A DNA stretch of 64,000 nt from the human T2T-CHM13v2.0 reference genome, Homo sapiens: assembly GCF_009914755.1 (NCBI RefSeq), contig NC_060936.1; one strand, written 5' to 3'. Numbering within the stretch: position 1 is the first letter of the stretch; each line of letters starts with the position of its first letter. Made by a program: the position numbers and the translations under genes. Shown here piece after piece: positions 25,827-38,813 of this stretch. The notes below the pieces were generated by a model. It was not told the DNA's origin. It saw nothing but the letters and a program-made list of their open reading frames with translations, and did no database searches.

Positions 25827-27540
25827 ATTTCCCTTACCTTCTCTTTCCTTGATCTTTCCTCTAATTCTCCTTTGCCTCCACATTTTCAAGCACCTAATTG
25901 TGCTCTATTCTTTCAAGTGCTCTATCTTTGGAATAATCTTGACAACTCAGCAATTTCTGATGTTGCTGAAAATAATGCAACTCTCTGTGATAAATATAAG
26001 ATTTAATTAAAAGCAAGAGAATAAGTCCAAAGGAAAAAGACTTGAATGCCAACATGAAAATGATTTCTTTTCTAATTCTGAGGCTATCTTAGTTTATTGT
26101 TTAATTTTTTTAAAAAAGATCCCAGATGCAATAAAATGAGATTCAGCTTGTAATATAAACGATTCTGCCACTTAATTTGTTTTATCTTTGCTTCTCAAAC
26201 AAAAGAGAGATTAAATCAAATAATTAAATCAAACCTAAATACAAAGTTTGAGCTAACTCATACTGCATATGCCCTAAAATGACCAGTGCTTTGTACCTAT
26301 ATATATGATGAGGATAAAATTAGATGACTTCTCTGGTTTAATGCGAACATTCAGCATGGAATTAATGAATGATTATTATTCATGGAAAAAGTGTGAAACA
26401 GAGTGGCTTCCCAAATTGGTACTATTAGTTGTTGCTTCAGAACAACAATAACAACAAAATAGTTAATGATTCTGCAATTGCATAATTTTTCCAATAAAAT
26501 TAGCTGGCGCAACCTCTTAAATTTCTGAAATATTTTGCAGTTTGATTAAAAAACATTCTCTCAACTGCCAAAGTTCAGCGTCATGCCAAGAGAGTAAAGT
26601 GCTAAAATTAAATGCCATTCTCCTTTTAAACAATTGAAATAAAAAGGCAGCTCATATTGAGTAAATTTAACAAAAGACTTTGACTTTCAGAGCATCACTG
26701 AGAAAAATCCCCAAACAAAAGCATGTTCAATGTTAGTCAGTAAATCCCTGAAAAGCCCAACCAAAGACAAAAAGCATATTATAGTATTTTAATATAATGT
26801 GAAATGTTTTCAACTTACATAAAATGGATTAAAAGGGGTTGGACCGTAGGTGTCTTTATGCAAAAACTTGTCTTTGAAAATACCAGTGAAAGACTGACAT
26901 CCCTGTAAAACTTACCTTTCCACAGAACTTAAAGACTGTACAAATCTAGGCTACTTAAACAGATTGTAATTCACGAGGATCTTTGATTTGGCTTGACTCT
27001 GTAGTACAAAGGATATACTGCTGTAGCATGTTTGTTCATCAAACAGTTCCCTTTGCCCTGCCTAACAACGTGTGTCCATGGCAATGCAATTAGCACAGAG
27101 CCATGTGAGATCAAGGAATGAGGAATCAAGCTATAGTGTTGCTTCAACATTCTTTGCACCATGCAGTCTCTCTCTGTAATCTTGTATCTGTGAATCAATG
27201 AGTAGAACTAAATTATTAAATGGATGGCCTCAAAAATTTACAATGACTCTAGAATCACTAATCAGTTCTGACAGGAGCTTAATCTCAAACTGAGTGTTAC
27301 TCAGCTCCAGACAAAAGGTATTGAGAGAAGCAGACTAAGGCACAAGTTATTATCTATTCCCTAGGATCTCAAGGTTTGCCCTCATAAAAGTAAAGTCATC
27401 AGGCACACAGTTTTTAAAATTTTGAACTAGGGAGGCTATAAAAGTCACCCATTACATCAGTTTTTTATCTTTTGCATCCTTTGCAAATCATCTTTTTCAT
27501 TTTTTGAGAACATTGGCCATTAATTTGTTCATTGTCCTTA

Positions 27541-27745
27541 GAGACAACATGGAATAGCAGAACTTTCAGTGAAATGTGTGATAAGAAAATCTACATTCCT
27601 GTCCCAGCTCTGATACTTACAAGTGCTGTAATCTTTTACAAGGCACTTGATTTCTTTGAGTATCAGTTTTCTCTGAAAGATAAGCAGGTTGGACCAGGTG
27701 GTTTCAACTACCTTTTCTAGGTTCAAGTCGTCATAAACTTCTGAC
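27541..27745 (+). mobile_element. MIR3-like SINE
   Basis: gtcccagctctgatacttac..cagttttctc..ggttggaccaggtggtttc..ttctaggttc. Confidence 0.65.
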
Positions 27746-27773
27746 AATAGTCTCTCTGAATAGGGTGACAGGG

Positions 27774-28142
27774 TGTGTCTGACAGCTACCTAGTCTCTCT
27801 GCTCCAAACTCACCTTTCTATGCTCTGGCTCTGTGATCCTCGGGGCAGGGACTCTACAAACCACATTTCTCCTTTGCCATCTGATTTTATCTCAGATTCT
27901 GTAATCAGGAGGCACTAGAGGGAGACTGCAAGGCTGAAGGAAGGAAATGGGACTTGCTCCTTTCTGTTTGCTTCTTGTTCCATGAGCAGCGTCTATCAAT
28001 CATAAGTTGTCCCAGAAATCGGTTTCTGTATCCAGCTACCTTCAACACTACTTCTTTTTCAGTCCTCTACCACCTGTTTAGCCATTTATCTATATCATAT
28101 TCTGCACTGCCGTTTCCAGTTCTCTGTCTGGACTTAGACTGG
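27774..28142 (+). mobile_element. ERVL LTR (LTR33-like)
   Basis: aggaggcactagagggagactgcaaggctgaagg..gggacttgctcctttctgtttgcttc. Confidence 0.7.
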
Positions 28143-28169
28143 TATTTAGAGCATGGTGCAATGGATAGA

Positions 28170-28290
28170 GCCACATCTATCAAGAGGTCATGAACCTAAC
28201 TTATTTACCTTATTCACTGCTGCATCTATTGTTTTGCATTACTAAAACAAAGTAAACTCTCAATACATACTGACTGAGTGAATATGAACG
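28170..28290 (+). mobile_element. L2 3' end
   Basis: cttattcactgctgcatct..ctcaatacatactgactgagtgaat. Confidence 0.6.
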
Positions 28291-28291
28291 T

Positions 28292-28395
28292 TTAGACAGG
28301 TAACCTTGATTCAGGTTCTAGGTTCTACCACTTAAAAGTCCTGTGATCCTGGGAAAGTTTCCTAAAATTTCTGATCACCCTCAATCCTCAATTAC
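28292..28395 (+). mobile_element. MIR fragment
   Basis: ttctaccactta..ctgtgatcctgggaaagtttcctaa. Confidence 0.55.
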
Positions 28396-28460
28396 ATAAT
28401 CTATCACAATCTATAAAATACAGAAGTAGAAACTGTGTTTAGTAATTTCTGGTTACTTAA

Positions 28461-28634
<174 letters not shown>

Positions 28635-28644
28635 AAAATTTTCT

Positions 28645-28950
28645 TTTATACCATACTGTCCTTAGCATCCAGCAGATAATCTGGCTTACAGTTGATTTTC
28701 AATAAATGTGTGTTGATGAATAAAGTGAAGCCTACATATAATAAACAAAAATAATTTTTATAATTGCAAGAACGTGGTAGGTATTTGACCCATTTTGAGT
28801 ATATCATCATTATTATTGTTTTGTAAGAGTCAGGTTTCCCCAAAGAATAGAATATGTGTGGGTAAGGACTGTATTTTACATATCTTTCTGATGTCAATGC
28901 CTAGCATAGCACCTTGGCATTATTAATATTTATAAATAGATTAATGAAGT
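28645..28950 (+). mobile_element. Two L2 3'-end fragments
   Basis: tcaataaatgtgtgttgatgaataaa; gcctagcatagcaccttggca. Confidence 0.5.
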
Positions 28951-29029
28951 ATATAGTGAATACTGCGCAACTACACCAAGTGCTTCCACCTGCTCCCGGT
29001 TGTAATCATCTACATTTTTATTACTTTAG

Positions 29030-29275
29030 CTGCATTGTGTATGGACATGGTAAACTTTTGTAATTAAGAGCTTAGGTTTCTTATGTTCAAAACCCATCTC
29101 TACAAATTACTAGCAGTTAACATCTCTGCTCTACATCTTTCTCATATGTAACTGAGGATTATAATAGTACCTATCTCTTAGCGTTAGCTTAAGGATTAAA
29201 TAAATCTTACTGCATTGAAAGCATTTAGACAATGTCAAACACGTGGTAATCATTAATAATGCTAGCTATTGTTAT
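29030..29275 (+). mobile_element. MIR
   Basis: gattataatagtacctatctc..aaggattaaataa..aaagcatttagacaatgtc..gctagctattgtta. Confidence 0.8.
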
Positions 29276-29879
29276 AGAAGCATTCACCCAGAGCAGCTGA
29301 TATCTTATTTCTGAAATAAGTAAGGTAGATATAGATTATCAATAAACCAATTACTGAGCTGACAATATTCTGGAGATATAAGAACTAGTTATTCAGAGTA
29401 TTCAGTTGATGGTATAAAAATAGATTGACACTCATTTTTTATAATATTATTATTTTATCAAAGGATGGTGAAGGGGTAAAAGCACAACCTTAGCAATATC
29501 AGGTTCATATAACACCCTGGAAAATGGAACATATAACCCAAATCCAAGAAGAAAAATTATATAAAATTATAATTCTCATTTTTTTCTGCAGTTTAGGTGA
29601 AGATGAGACCTAAAATAAATGTTACAGTTTTAAAAAATGCTATCCATGCTGTCTCTGAACTCTCTGTTTATCTACCTATTTCTCTATCTACTTATAAATA
29701 TTTCTTAGCACCTACTAAGTGCTAATTTTTACTTATTTTGCCCATGAACATCCAAAGTTGTGTCATGATCCAACAAAAATTCAAAACAGAAACCTGGTAG
29801 CCTTTTCTTCTTCTTACCCTGTACATCTAACTGCTCACTGTGTGCAATACAAAAATAAACAAAGAAGGCCTTTTTATGT

Positions 29880-30230
29880 AGTTTATTTATTTTACATCCA
29901 ATTTTCGAGTCTTCATTATATACCAGGCTTCATGCATGGTGCTGATATTAAAACAGGTAGAATAAATCCTTGACCTAAATAAGTTTAAGGGTTTTTGTTT
30001 GTTTGTTTGTTTTGTGTTTTGCAGGAAAAAATATATACAATCCTATGGCTGGGTGAAAATGACTGTAACGGTTTTATTTATACAAGATACAGGTGTGGCT
30101 TCAAGGCATTGTATTCAACCTCCTTTAGGTAAGTGAAAGGAAAGACTACAAAGAAGAAATCTTTGGCCTACACCAAACAAAGAGAGAAGTTCTTAAAAGA
30201 CAAAGACATTAGCTGGAAGGTTGCTACAAA
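29880..30230 (-). mobile_element. L2 fragment
   Basis: tttatttatttacatccaattttcgag..ataccaggcttcatgc..ggtgctg..ccttgacct. Confidence 0.45.
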
Positions 30231-30304
30231 CTAGAGTGTCCTAACCCAAAACTCTAAGTATTAAATAACCTGATAGATAGTATAAATGTTATTTTTAGGC
30301 AATA

Positions 30305-30622
30305 TTTTTTTTTTCTTTTCTTTTTTTTTTTTTTTGAGATGGAATTTCACTCTTGTCACCTAGGCTGAATGCAATGGCTCAGTCTCACCTCACTACAACC
30401 TCCGCCTCCTGGGTTCAAGCAATTCTCCTGCCTCAGCCTCCTGAGTAGCTGGGATTACAGGCACCTGCCACCACACCCGGCTAATATTTTTTTTTTTTTT
30501 AAAGTAGAGATGAGGTTTCACCATGTTGCCCAGGCTGGTCTTAAAATTCTGACCTCAGGTGATCCACCCTCCTCGGCCTCTAAAAGTGTTGGGATTACAG
30601 GCATGGGCCACCATGACCGGTC
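30305..30622 (-). mobile_element. Alu (AluSq/Sp-like)
   Basis: gaatttcactcttgtc, gcaatggc, ctgacctcaggtgatcc. Confidence 0.95.
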
Positions 30623-30897
30623 TAATTTTTAAGTAATAATGTTTCTCTGATATAAGCTCCCATATTTGGCTAAGTATAAGACTAGAAGTTTAAAGAGGTT
30701 TAAAAATAAGACAAAAATATATCTAGTCCTTTTAACTATACATCTGTCTACAAGAAAGCATTTTTTAATTTTTTTAAAGTTATCTCAAATAGATTCGACC
30801 ATTTTATTTCACCCCAAAATGGCATGTAAAATCCTCACAATTTACAGTTTAATAGAAAAATATATGTACTGTACAGATTATATCTAGAAAAGCGATT

Positions 30898-31045
30898 ATC
30901 AGTGCCTCAGTTTCATCTGTAAAATAGAGATGCTAAAAGCACATAGCACACAGAGTTATGGAAAGAATTACGTTACCTATGTAAAGTGCTTTGAAGAGTG
31001 CCTGTCACATAATAAACTATTAATAAATGTATTATTATTATTGTG
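30898..31045 (+). mobile_element. MIR 3' half
   Basis: gtgcctcagtttcatctgtaaaatagagat..tatgtaaagtgctt..agtgcctgtcacata. Confidence 0.85.
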
Positions 31046-31165
31046 ACAATATTCTAGACAATCATACATATTTTTCAATGACTCTTTAAATGAGACAAAA
31101 TAGACGGTACTTTTCATGCTAAGTATTTTGTTATATTTATTGTTCTCTTAATATAAAAGTAATAG

Positions 31166-31464
31166 CCTCCAGGCACAGTGGCTCACACATGTAATCCTAG
31201 CACTTTGGGAAGCCAAGGTGCTTGAGCCCAGGAGTTCCAGACCAGCCTGGGCAATAGAGTGAGACCCCATCTCTACTGAAAATTTTAAAAATTAGCTGGG
31301 CATGGTGGTGTGAGCCTGTGGTCTCAGCTACTCAGTAGGCTGAGGTGAGGGAATTGCTTGTGTCTGGGAGTTTAAGGCTGCAGTGAGCCATGATTACACC
31401 ACTGCACTCCAGTCTGGTTGACAGAACAAGACCCTTTCTCACACCCAAAAAAAAAAAAAAAAAA
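31166..31464 (+). mobile_element. AluJ
   Basis: gcttgagcccaggagtt, aaggctgcagtgagccatgatt, aagaccct; TSD aaaagtaatag. Confidence 0.95.
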
Positions 31465-31815
31465 GTAATAGTTATTTTCTCTAGAAATTTGATACATTAA
31501 ATTTATTTGTAACATATTATGTATGCATTCATTTAAGGTAGTAGGAGATGATTTGTGCCCGGTCCATAATATATTGAATGAAAGGCCAAAGAGGACATCA
31601 ATATATAAATGGCTTCTATACCCTCCAGCCCTGAAAGTGAGTAGAGGTGGAGGAGAAACATGGTTTGAAAGGTGCAGAGCTAGAAGCTAGTCTGCGAAAA
31701 ATCCTTCCAATCTTACAGCTCATCCACAAAAGAACTTGACAGTTTTCCAAAATTAGACAGTGATTGTAAAAATCTGTGTGGTATTGCCTAACATGGCTTC
31801 TAAATCTCAAGTTAC

Positions 31816-32120
31816 TTATTTATTTATTATTTATTTATTTTTGTCAGTCTTATTCTGTCGCCCAAACTGGAGTGCAGTGGCACAATCTTGGCTGACTGCA
31901 ACCTCTTCTTCCTAGGTTCATGCGATTCTCAAACCTCAGCCTCCTGAGTAGCTGGGATTACAGGCGCCTGACACCACACCCAGCTAACTTTTGTATTTTT
32001 CTAGAGATGGGGTTTCACCATGTTGGCCAGGCTGGTCTTGACCTCCTGACCTCAAGTTATCCACCCACCTTGGCCTCCCAAAGTGCTAGGATTACAGGCA
32101 GGAGCCACCATGCCCGGGCT
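31816..32120 (-). mobile_element. Alu (AluSx/Sz-like)
   Basis: Full dimer in antisense with (TTTA)n tail. Confidence 0.95.
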
Positions 32121-32549
32121 AAAGCAATTACTTCTAACCTATCAATAAAATATTCAAACTACCACGATAGAGGAAGAAGTAAATTTTTTTAAAAACCTAT
32201 CTCTGTAGAAAGTGATTTAGGAAATTACTGTTCTAGGAAGAGCCAATCAAGAAGTCTGCAGCCAAAGTTTGTAGAAAACAAAAAGTATTATAAAGGTAAT
32301 CACTTAATAAATACAAATATTACTTTACTTTCTAAATCTTGTGAAACCATGGTTTCAACTGGCTTTTAACTAATTTTACCTTATTTTTATTTCTTTTTTA
32401 TTCTTAACAAACATATACTTTGTGCCTATTTTTAGTCCAAATTTTGTTTTTTTATAAATTATTTTATCCTGTAACTGCAAAAGGTGGTTATTTTGTGTTA
32501 TTTTTTAGGCCCCTCAAATTATCTAAGTTCGGGGTCCCTTTCTCTGAAT

Positions 32550-32640
32550 ACGGTTGTTATCTCTGGTTTACAGGACAGAAAACTGAGTCACGGAGCCAAG
32601 TCACACAGCCAGTAAGTGCCAGAGCAAGATTACAGCTATG
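32550..32640 (-). mobile_element. MIR fragment
   Basis: tttacaggacagaaaactgagtcac..gtcacacagccagtaagtgccagagc. Confidence 0.75.
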
Positions 32641-33275
32641 ATGTGTTAAGTATGATGAGAAATGCAAAGGTTGTAGCTACGAAAAAAAAAACCCAGAGCA
32701 AACAGCTCAAATAGCCAATGTGATGGAGAAAAATTAAAAAAAAATACATTATAAGTATTTTAAGGTCAGAGAGGTGTGTGTTTGTGTCCTGAGTAGATTG
32801 AGGGGTAGAAAGGAGAGCTTCAGAAGTTTCGAGATTGAGTGAGGAGATACTCTGACAGTTTGGGAGGAGGTGGGGAAGTAAAGCCAGAGAAGAGAGAAGG
32901 AAAGAGAAACATCAGGATGAATGGACAGAAAGAGTCAGAGAAAATGAAGGTTTTGGTTTGACTGAGCAATCTGTTAGGGTTCCACCTCCAAAGAATAGAC
33001 ACCTACTTGAAAGTTTGTTTTTGAGTAATATCGTGCAAGGAGCATATGTGAAGTATCTAGTGAAAATTTATTATTTAGCTGTCTTAATGTTAGCTTACAG
33101 TTAAAGAAATATAAGAAACTTGGGCACAAACAAGATGAAATAAAAACAGTAGTTATTCCAGGTCTAAGTAAAATTATATATTATTATTCCACACATTGTA
33201 ATATACAATAAAATAACATTATTACAGCTTAATGGAGGTTTTAAGTTACAGCTCATGACTTTAGGGGAACCTTTA

Positions 33276-33651
33276 TTGCATGGTTTGGCTCTGTGTCCCT
33301 ACCTAAATCTTATCTCCAATTGTAATCCCCATGTGTTGAGGGAGGGACCTGGTGGGAGGTGATTGGATTATAAGGGGTGGTTTCCCCATGCTGTTCTTGT
33401 GATAGTGAGGGAGTTCTCATGAGATCTGATGCTTTTAAAGTGATAGTGTCCCTGCACTCTCCTGCTGCCTTGTCTCTCTCCTGCTGCCTTGTGAAGATGG
33501 TGCTTGCTTCTCCTTCACCTTCCGCCATAATGGTAAGTTTCTTGAGGCCTCCCCAGCCATGTGGAACTGTGAGTCAATTAAACCTCTTTTGTTTATAAAT
33601 TACCCAATCTCAGGTAATATCTTTATAGCAGTGTGAAAATGGATTAATATA
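33276..33651 (+). mobile_element. THE1D-like MaLR solo LTR
   Basis: atggtttggctctgtgtccc..gaggcctccccagccatgtggaactgtgagtcaattaaacctc..gcagtgtgaaaatggattaatata; TSD cttta. Confidence 0.93.
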
Positions 33652-33893
33652 CTTTATTTGCATTGAAATAATAAAAAAATAGGTTTTAAAAATTAAAAGG
33701 GCCTTAATCACTTAATTATATTGCCACATGGCACCACCAAAACAAAGGTAATCTGCTGAAGTGAAATATTTTATCTAGATTGTTTATGTTTTCATCTGTT
33801 TGTTATATTTTTTCACCCAAATCAGTGAATACAAAATATCTATCTTAGCCAAAGATTGAGCCATGAACCAAAAAGCTGTTTGTAATATTGGTA

Positions 33894-34570
33894 ATCATTC
33901 CTTCACTTATTCACTCATTTATTCAAAAAATATTCAATGCAAATTGTGTTCTGAGCACTGTGCTTTGTGCCAGGCAAACAGTGGTAAGGAAAGTAAGGCA
34001 CAATCACTTCAGTCAAGGAATATACAAAGTAATGGGGAGACAGAACTTAGTCAAATAACTACATAAATGAATATATGAGTTCATTGTGAGATAAATACTT
34101 TTAAGAAAAGTAATGGAAAGGGAACTTTCCTGAGGATGTGTCTTTTTGAATCAAGAGTGATGGACAGAGAATGTTCTAGTCAAGGGAATCAGTCATGTTA
34201 AGTTCCCTGTGCCTTAGCCTAAGAACTAAAGAAAGTAATTTAATGGTGGAGAATGGATAGAAGAGGAGAAGAGCTGAATGAAGAAAGAGTAAGCATAAGT
34301 GACAATTGAAGTCAGACAGAAGAGAAACAGGGGTGTCTTGGGTTAGGTGGTAGTGTTGGAGATTGGGAGAAATAAATATGTAGGAGATAAAATGTAAAAG
34401 ACTTATTGATAAATTAGATATGAGAGGAGTGGTGAAAGGGAGGGCAGAATCATGAATAATTCCCAGATTTCCAATTTTTGCTTCTGGATAGATGGTTCCA
34501 CTTATTAAGACGGAAAATACCAGAAATGATGAAATATATGGGATGTGAGGGTGCTGGAGATAAGGAAAGT
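33894..34570 (-). mobile_element. L2
   Basis: tcattccttcacttattcactcatttattcaaaaaatatt..atggggagacag..aagacttattgataaattagatatg. Confidence 0.8.
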
Positions 34571-35629
34571 TACTGGGATTACACCGGGCTATTCCAACGA
34601 TCTACTGCTAATACAGCATTATTCTAAGACACAAGGCTGTATGCTGAGCTACAATTACCTCTAACGATAAATAGCCATATAGGTATAAATCACTTAGTAG
34701 TGAGGAGTATTTCATCTTCTTCACAGATAATTCTGTAATAGGACCAAGGGAAGTATTACAGCACAGATTACATTTTATTCTTTAATGAGGTGGCTTCTTC
34801 TGGCTCATATAATTGTTAATTTGGTATCAGAATAGAAACAGCATATGTAAACATGCACACAAGTACAAAGTTGGCCTTCAAAAAATCTTTGCTAAATGTG
34901 TTTTTCTCTATGTTATTCCTGAGTAGCCTTTCTGGAACATGTAGTCAGTTTATTATAATCAGTTTATTGATCTCATCTCCCAACATCCCAAAATAATTTA
35001 AACCAGAGTGAAAATATTTCATTTAACAGTAACAAAAAAATCTGGTAAAGCTTTTATACTTGGGTAAAACGTATATTTCTAAAGAGTACCATGGGAAAAA
35101 AAAATCCTTGCATATCCCAACTGCATTTCTACACAGTTTGCATTTTTTTAATTTTTTGACAATTGATGGTATGTAAAACAGATGATAATTATTTGTTTAT
35201 ATTACATTTTCAATAGATTTTTGCTTCCATTGGAAAATAATAAATTTGTTATTATGTTATCCTGAATATAATCCCAATTATTATAGCCCCATAACTTTGT
35301 AAATTTATTTTCATTCTTTGTGGATTCTAGGAACAGATGTTGAATACACATCAGATCTTGATTTAATCACCTTATTCCCACAGTGTTAAAAATGCAATGG
35401 CTCATGGAATTTAAAAAAATTAGAGTGAATTTCAGATAAGAAAATCAAGGACCAGAGAAGTGAAGCAAGCCTTGTACAGCCGCATAGGAAGCTCCTGACC
35501 AGAGGAGGGCTAAAGCTTTGCCATACGCATCCAAAGCATTGTTGGTTCCACATCACTATGCACTGCTTCTCCATCAACTGGCTCTTTTATTTAACACCTA
35601 CCAGGTGCTATAAAAACTACTTGATAGTA

Positions 35630-35865
35630 CATCCAATGTTTATTCATCTCTTATCATCTCACTTTTATAGATCAGGAACTCGAGGCATAAGGAAATTAAT
35701 AACCGCAGTACAGGGTCAAACTGAATTCCAACCTATGCCATCTGACTTCTGCATTAAAACTAAGTTATTTTAAAACTAACTGCATTATTTTAAGTTATTA
35801 AAAAAACTAAGTTATTTAAAACTAACTGCATTAAAATGCAGTTAACCAACAAACTATGCTGCCTT
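35630..35865 (-). mobile_element. MIR containing a scrambled local insertion
   Basis: cttttatagatcaggaactcgaggc..tctgacttc [insert] ttaacc..ctatgctgcc. Confidence 0.65.
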
Positions 35866-36539
35866 TTAGAAAGGTCTTCAAAAAAGCAAAATTGACAATG
35901 CTGCTTCTTTTTTAATAATTTAATAATTAATTTTGTATCAATATATAAAAATGTGTACTTTATTTCCTTAATGTGAATAATTTATTTTAAACATTTTCAA
36001 GGAAATATTCTCTTGCCGAATTCTAAGAAATCATCATGAAACCTTAGTCAGTAACACCCCACAAAGTTAATTTAATATATTTACCTCTTCATAGGCTAAC
36101 ATTCATTATATTCTTTGGAGGAATTCTCATTAATATGACTATTGAGTCAAGTGTAAAGTCAGCAGAGAATTCCCCAATAGTATTCAGAAATAGAATAATG
36201 TAATTCAATAAAGGTTCCAGTCTGCTTAGTTTCCTTCTTTTTCATAATGAGGAAGTGGTAAAGTGGTAAAGAAAGTCCAAAATGCCTTCACTTTCTCATT
36301 ATAAGCTTATCATAATGCACTTATTTGAACCAAATTCTATGCTGCTTTTTTTAAAGGTTTCTATTTAGGCAACCATTTTTAAACACCAACATCTATTCTC
36401 ATCAGATGTGATAGAAAAGAATACTGAATGAACTGAATTAAGCACAGTTAATGTTTTATGGGATTTTCTACCTTGATATTCTCTATAGACATTAAATCTT
36501 TATTAGAACTAGGGAGAAATGTATTAAACAAAGAGGAAA

Positions 36540-36760
36540 AACATTGTTGAACTAGGTTCTAGGTATTTTCATGTAGGTATTTACCTTTTATTACAGCTCT
36601 GAGATAGGCATATGTTTTCTTTATTTTACAGATAAGAAAACTAAGGCAGAAAGACTGAAAATACTGTTCAATATGCAGTCAATTATAGGCAAATTCATGG
36701 CCCAGATTCAGAAATACCTGTACTATAGCTGAAGCTTTTCTCAGTAGTTTGTATCATATA
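36540..36760 (-). mobile_element. MIR
   Basis: attttacagataagaaaactaaggcagaaag. Confidence 0.7.
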
Positions 36761-38196
36761 GTCTGCAAGGGTAGAGATTGCTTCTAAACCTTTCCAAAAA
36801 AAAAAGAAAGAAGCAAGATGGACATTTTCATTTAAGGAAACAGAGGCATTTTATAGAAAGGTAGGTAGAAGGGAGAAGTGAGGTAGAGAACAGTATGGAT
36901 GTAAGATAATAGCTTGGGAAAGAGAGAGAGGAAAAAATGAAAAAGAGAAAAGTCACATACTGGGAACACAGAGTCGGGATAGGCTGGAGTAACAGAGAGA
37001 GACAAAAATATTTTCTAGGAGTTACTCTGTGGCATAGGTGAGAGACACAGAGAAAGAAGATTTTAAAGAAGGTGTAAAAAAATGACTTCAGAATTTATTG
37101 TCTTTGGAGTAGCTTTCAAATGCTGAAGCAAAGATGTATATTTTCTTCTGATGAAGTTTTGTTATTTGTTTTAATGTAATTTTGCATAAAATCTGGAATT
37201 CATGGGCCTTCAATTTTATTAGTGTTACAGATGAATGATCTATACTGATAAATGTCATTCATAACTATTCTTCCATATTACTGCTACTCTTTTTCCCCTT
37301 TCTTTTTACTATGAGGGAAGGATAGAGAAGAATATAAAAGACTTGAAAACATGTAAAGTAGTTCTTTCCACTCTAGAAATAAATACAAATATAACATGTT
37401 AGCATTTTGGCTAAATTGAAGAAAGTTGAGTTTTGTGATGTTGTGAATAGTTTAATTTAGGCATTAATGACTAAAAGTGTGATTTTTAGCTACTGCCATA
37501 CACCTAGATGGACATGGAAAATATGCTTCTCTTACGCCCCAACATTATTTTTAGACATTCATTGCTACCCTGTTATGCTATTTTTCTCAACTTTCCTTTG
37601 CGCATTATTTATATATCCTTTGGGGCATCCAAAATTTCCTGATTTTGTTCATTTACCCACTTAACAAAAACACTAAGTACCAACTTTGTTCCAAATTCCC
37701 TGTGAAGAATTGTCTCTTACACCCACAATTTTTGTGCTGCTGCCTGAATGGGTGTGTCATATATTACCAAGAGAGTAAATATAATTACAGTAGATCTTAG
37801 AGCCCCCTCCTTTTCCTAATGCATGACTACCTACCATGTCACTCTAGGGAGATGGTAAAATAGGTTCAGCCCAGGAAGGTATGTTCTATTTTTAAGCAAA
37901 AAACATAAAATAGCTACTAAAATCTTATTCCTTTTCAAATCAAACTGCCTCCCTAGACTAAAGCTTGAAAGTGGCTTAGAAATTTGAAGATAAATATTCA
38001 GTCTAAAAAAGAAATGTAGAAGGTTGAAAAATCCTCCTCCAATTGTGAATTATATGGGGGATAAAAAAATATGAGTTCCTCATATGCCAGCAGCCAACTT
38101 TTGGCCCCTTCTCATTCAGTGTATCTGGGAGCAAAACACATACCATTTCTCACCGTCATTGGAGGATATCTCAGGGTACCAGCAAGCATCAACTCT

Positions 38197-38495
38197 GTTT
38201 TTTGTTTGTTTGTTTTGAGACGGAGTCTTGCTCTGTTACCCAGACTGAATTGCAATGGCATGATCTCGGCTCACTGAAACCTCTGCCTCCCGGGTTCAAG
38301 TGATTCTTCTGCCTCAGCCTCCCAAGTAGCTGGGACTACAGGCATGCATCACCACGCCCAGCTAATTTTTGTACTTTTAGTAGAGACAGAGTTCCACCAT
38401 ATTGGCCAGGCTGGTCTCGAACTCCTGACCTCGTGATCCACCTGCCTTACCTCCCAAAGTGCTGGGATTACAGGTGTGAGCCACCGCACCCAGCA
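38197..38495 (-). mobile_element. Alu (AluSg-like)
   Basis: ctcgaactcctgacctcgtgatcc; perfect 14-bp TSD caagcatcaactct. Confidence 0.96.
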
Positions 38496-38813
38496 CAAGC
38501 ATCAACTCTTAAAGAGACTTACATTTGAAAAAAATCTCAACAAGTATGACAGTATCTAGGAAAGCATAAATTATGAAAATTGACTCAAAAAAATTAAATG
38601 TTTATATTAATCATAAACAGATGCCTAAAATATAGATCAAACCAAATTTTTAGAATAGATAATTATTTAGGTATTTGAAAATTTCCAGAAAAGTAACAAA
38701 GATTAAATCCTCCCCCAAATTATTTTAAAGCTAAAAATGTTTTGTATGTAAGCTTAAAATGTTATTATACAAAGAAAGAACAGTTTAATATAACTTATAG
38801 AAGGGAAAATCTT

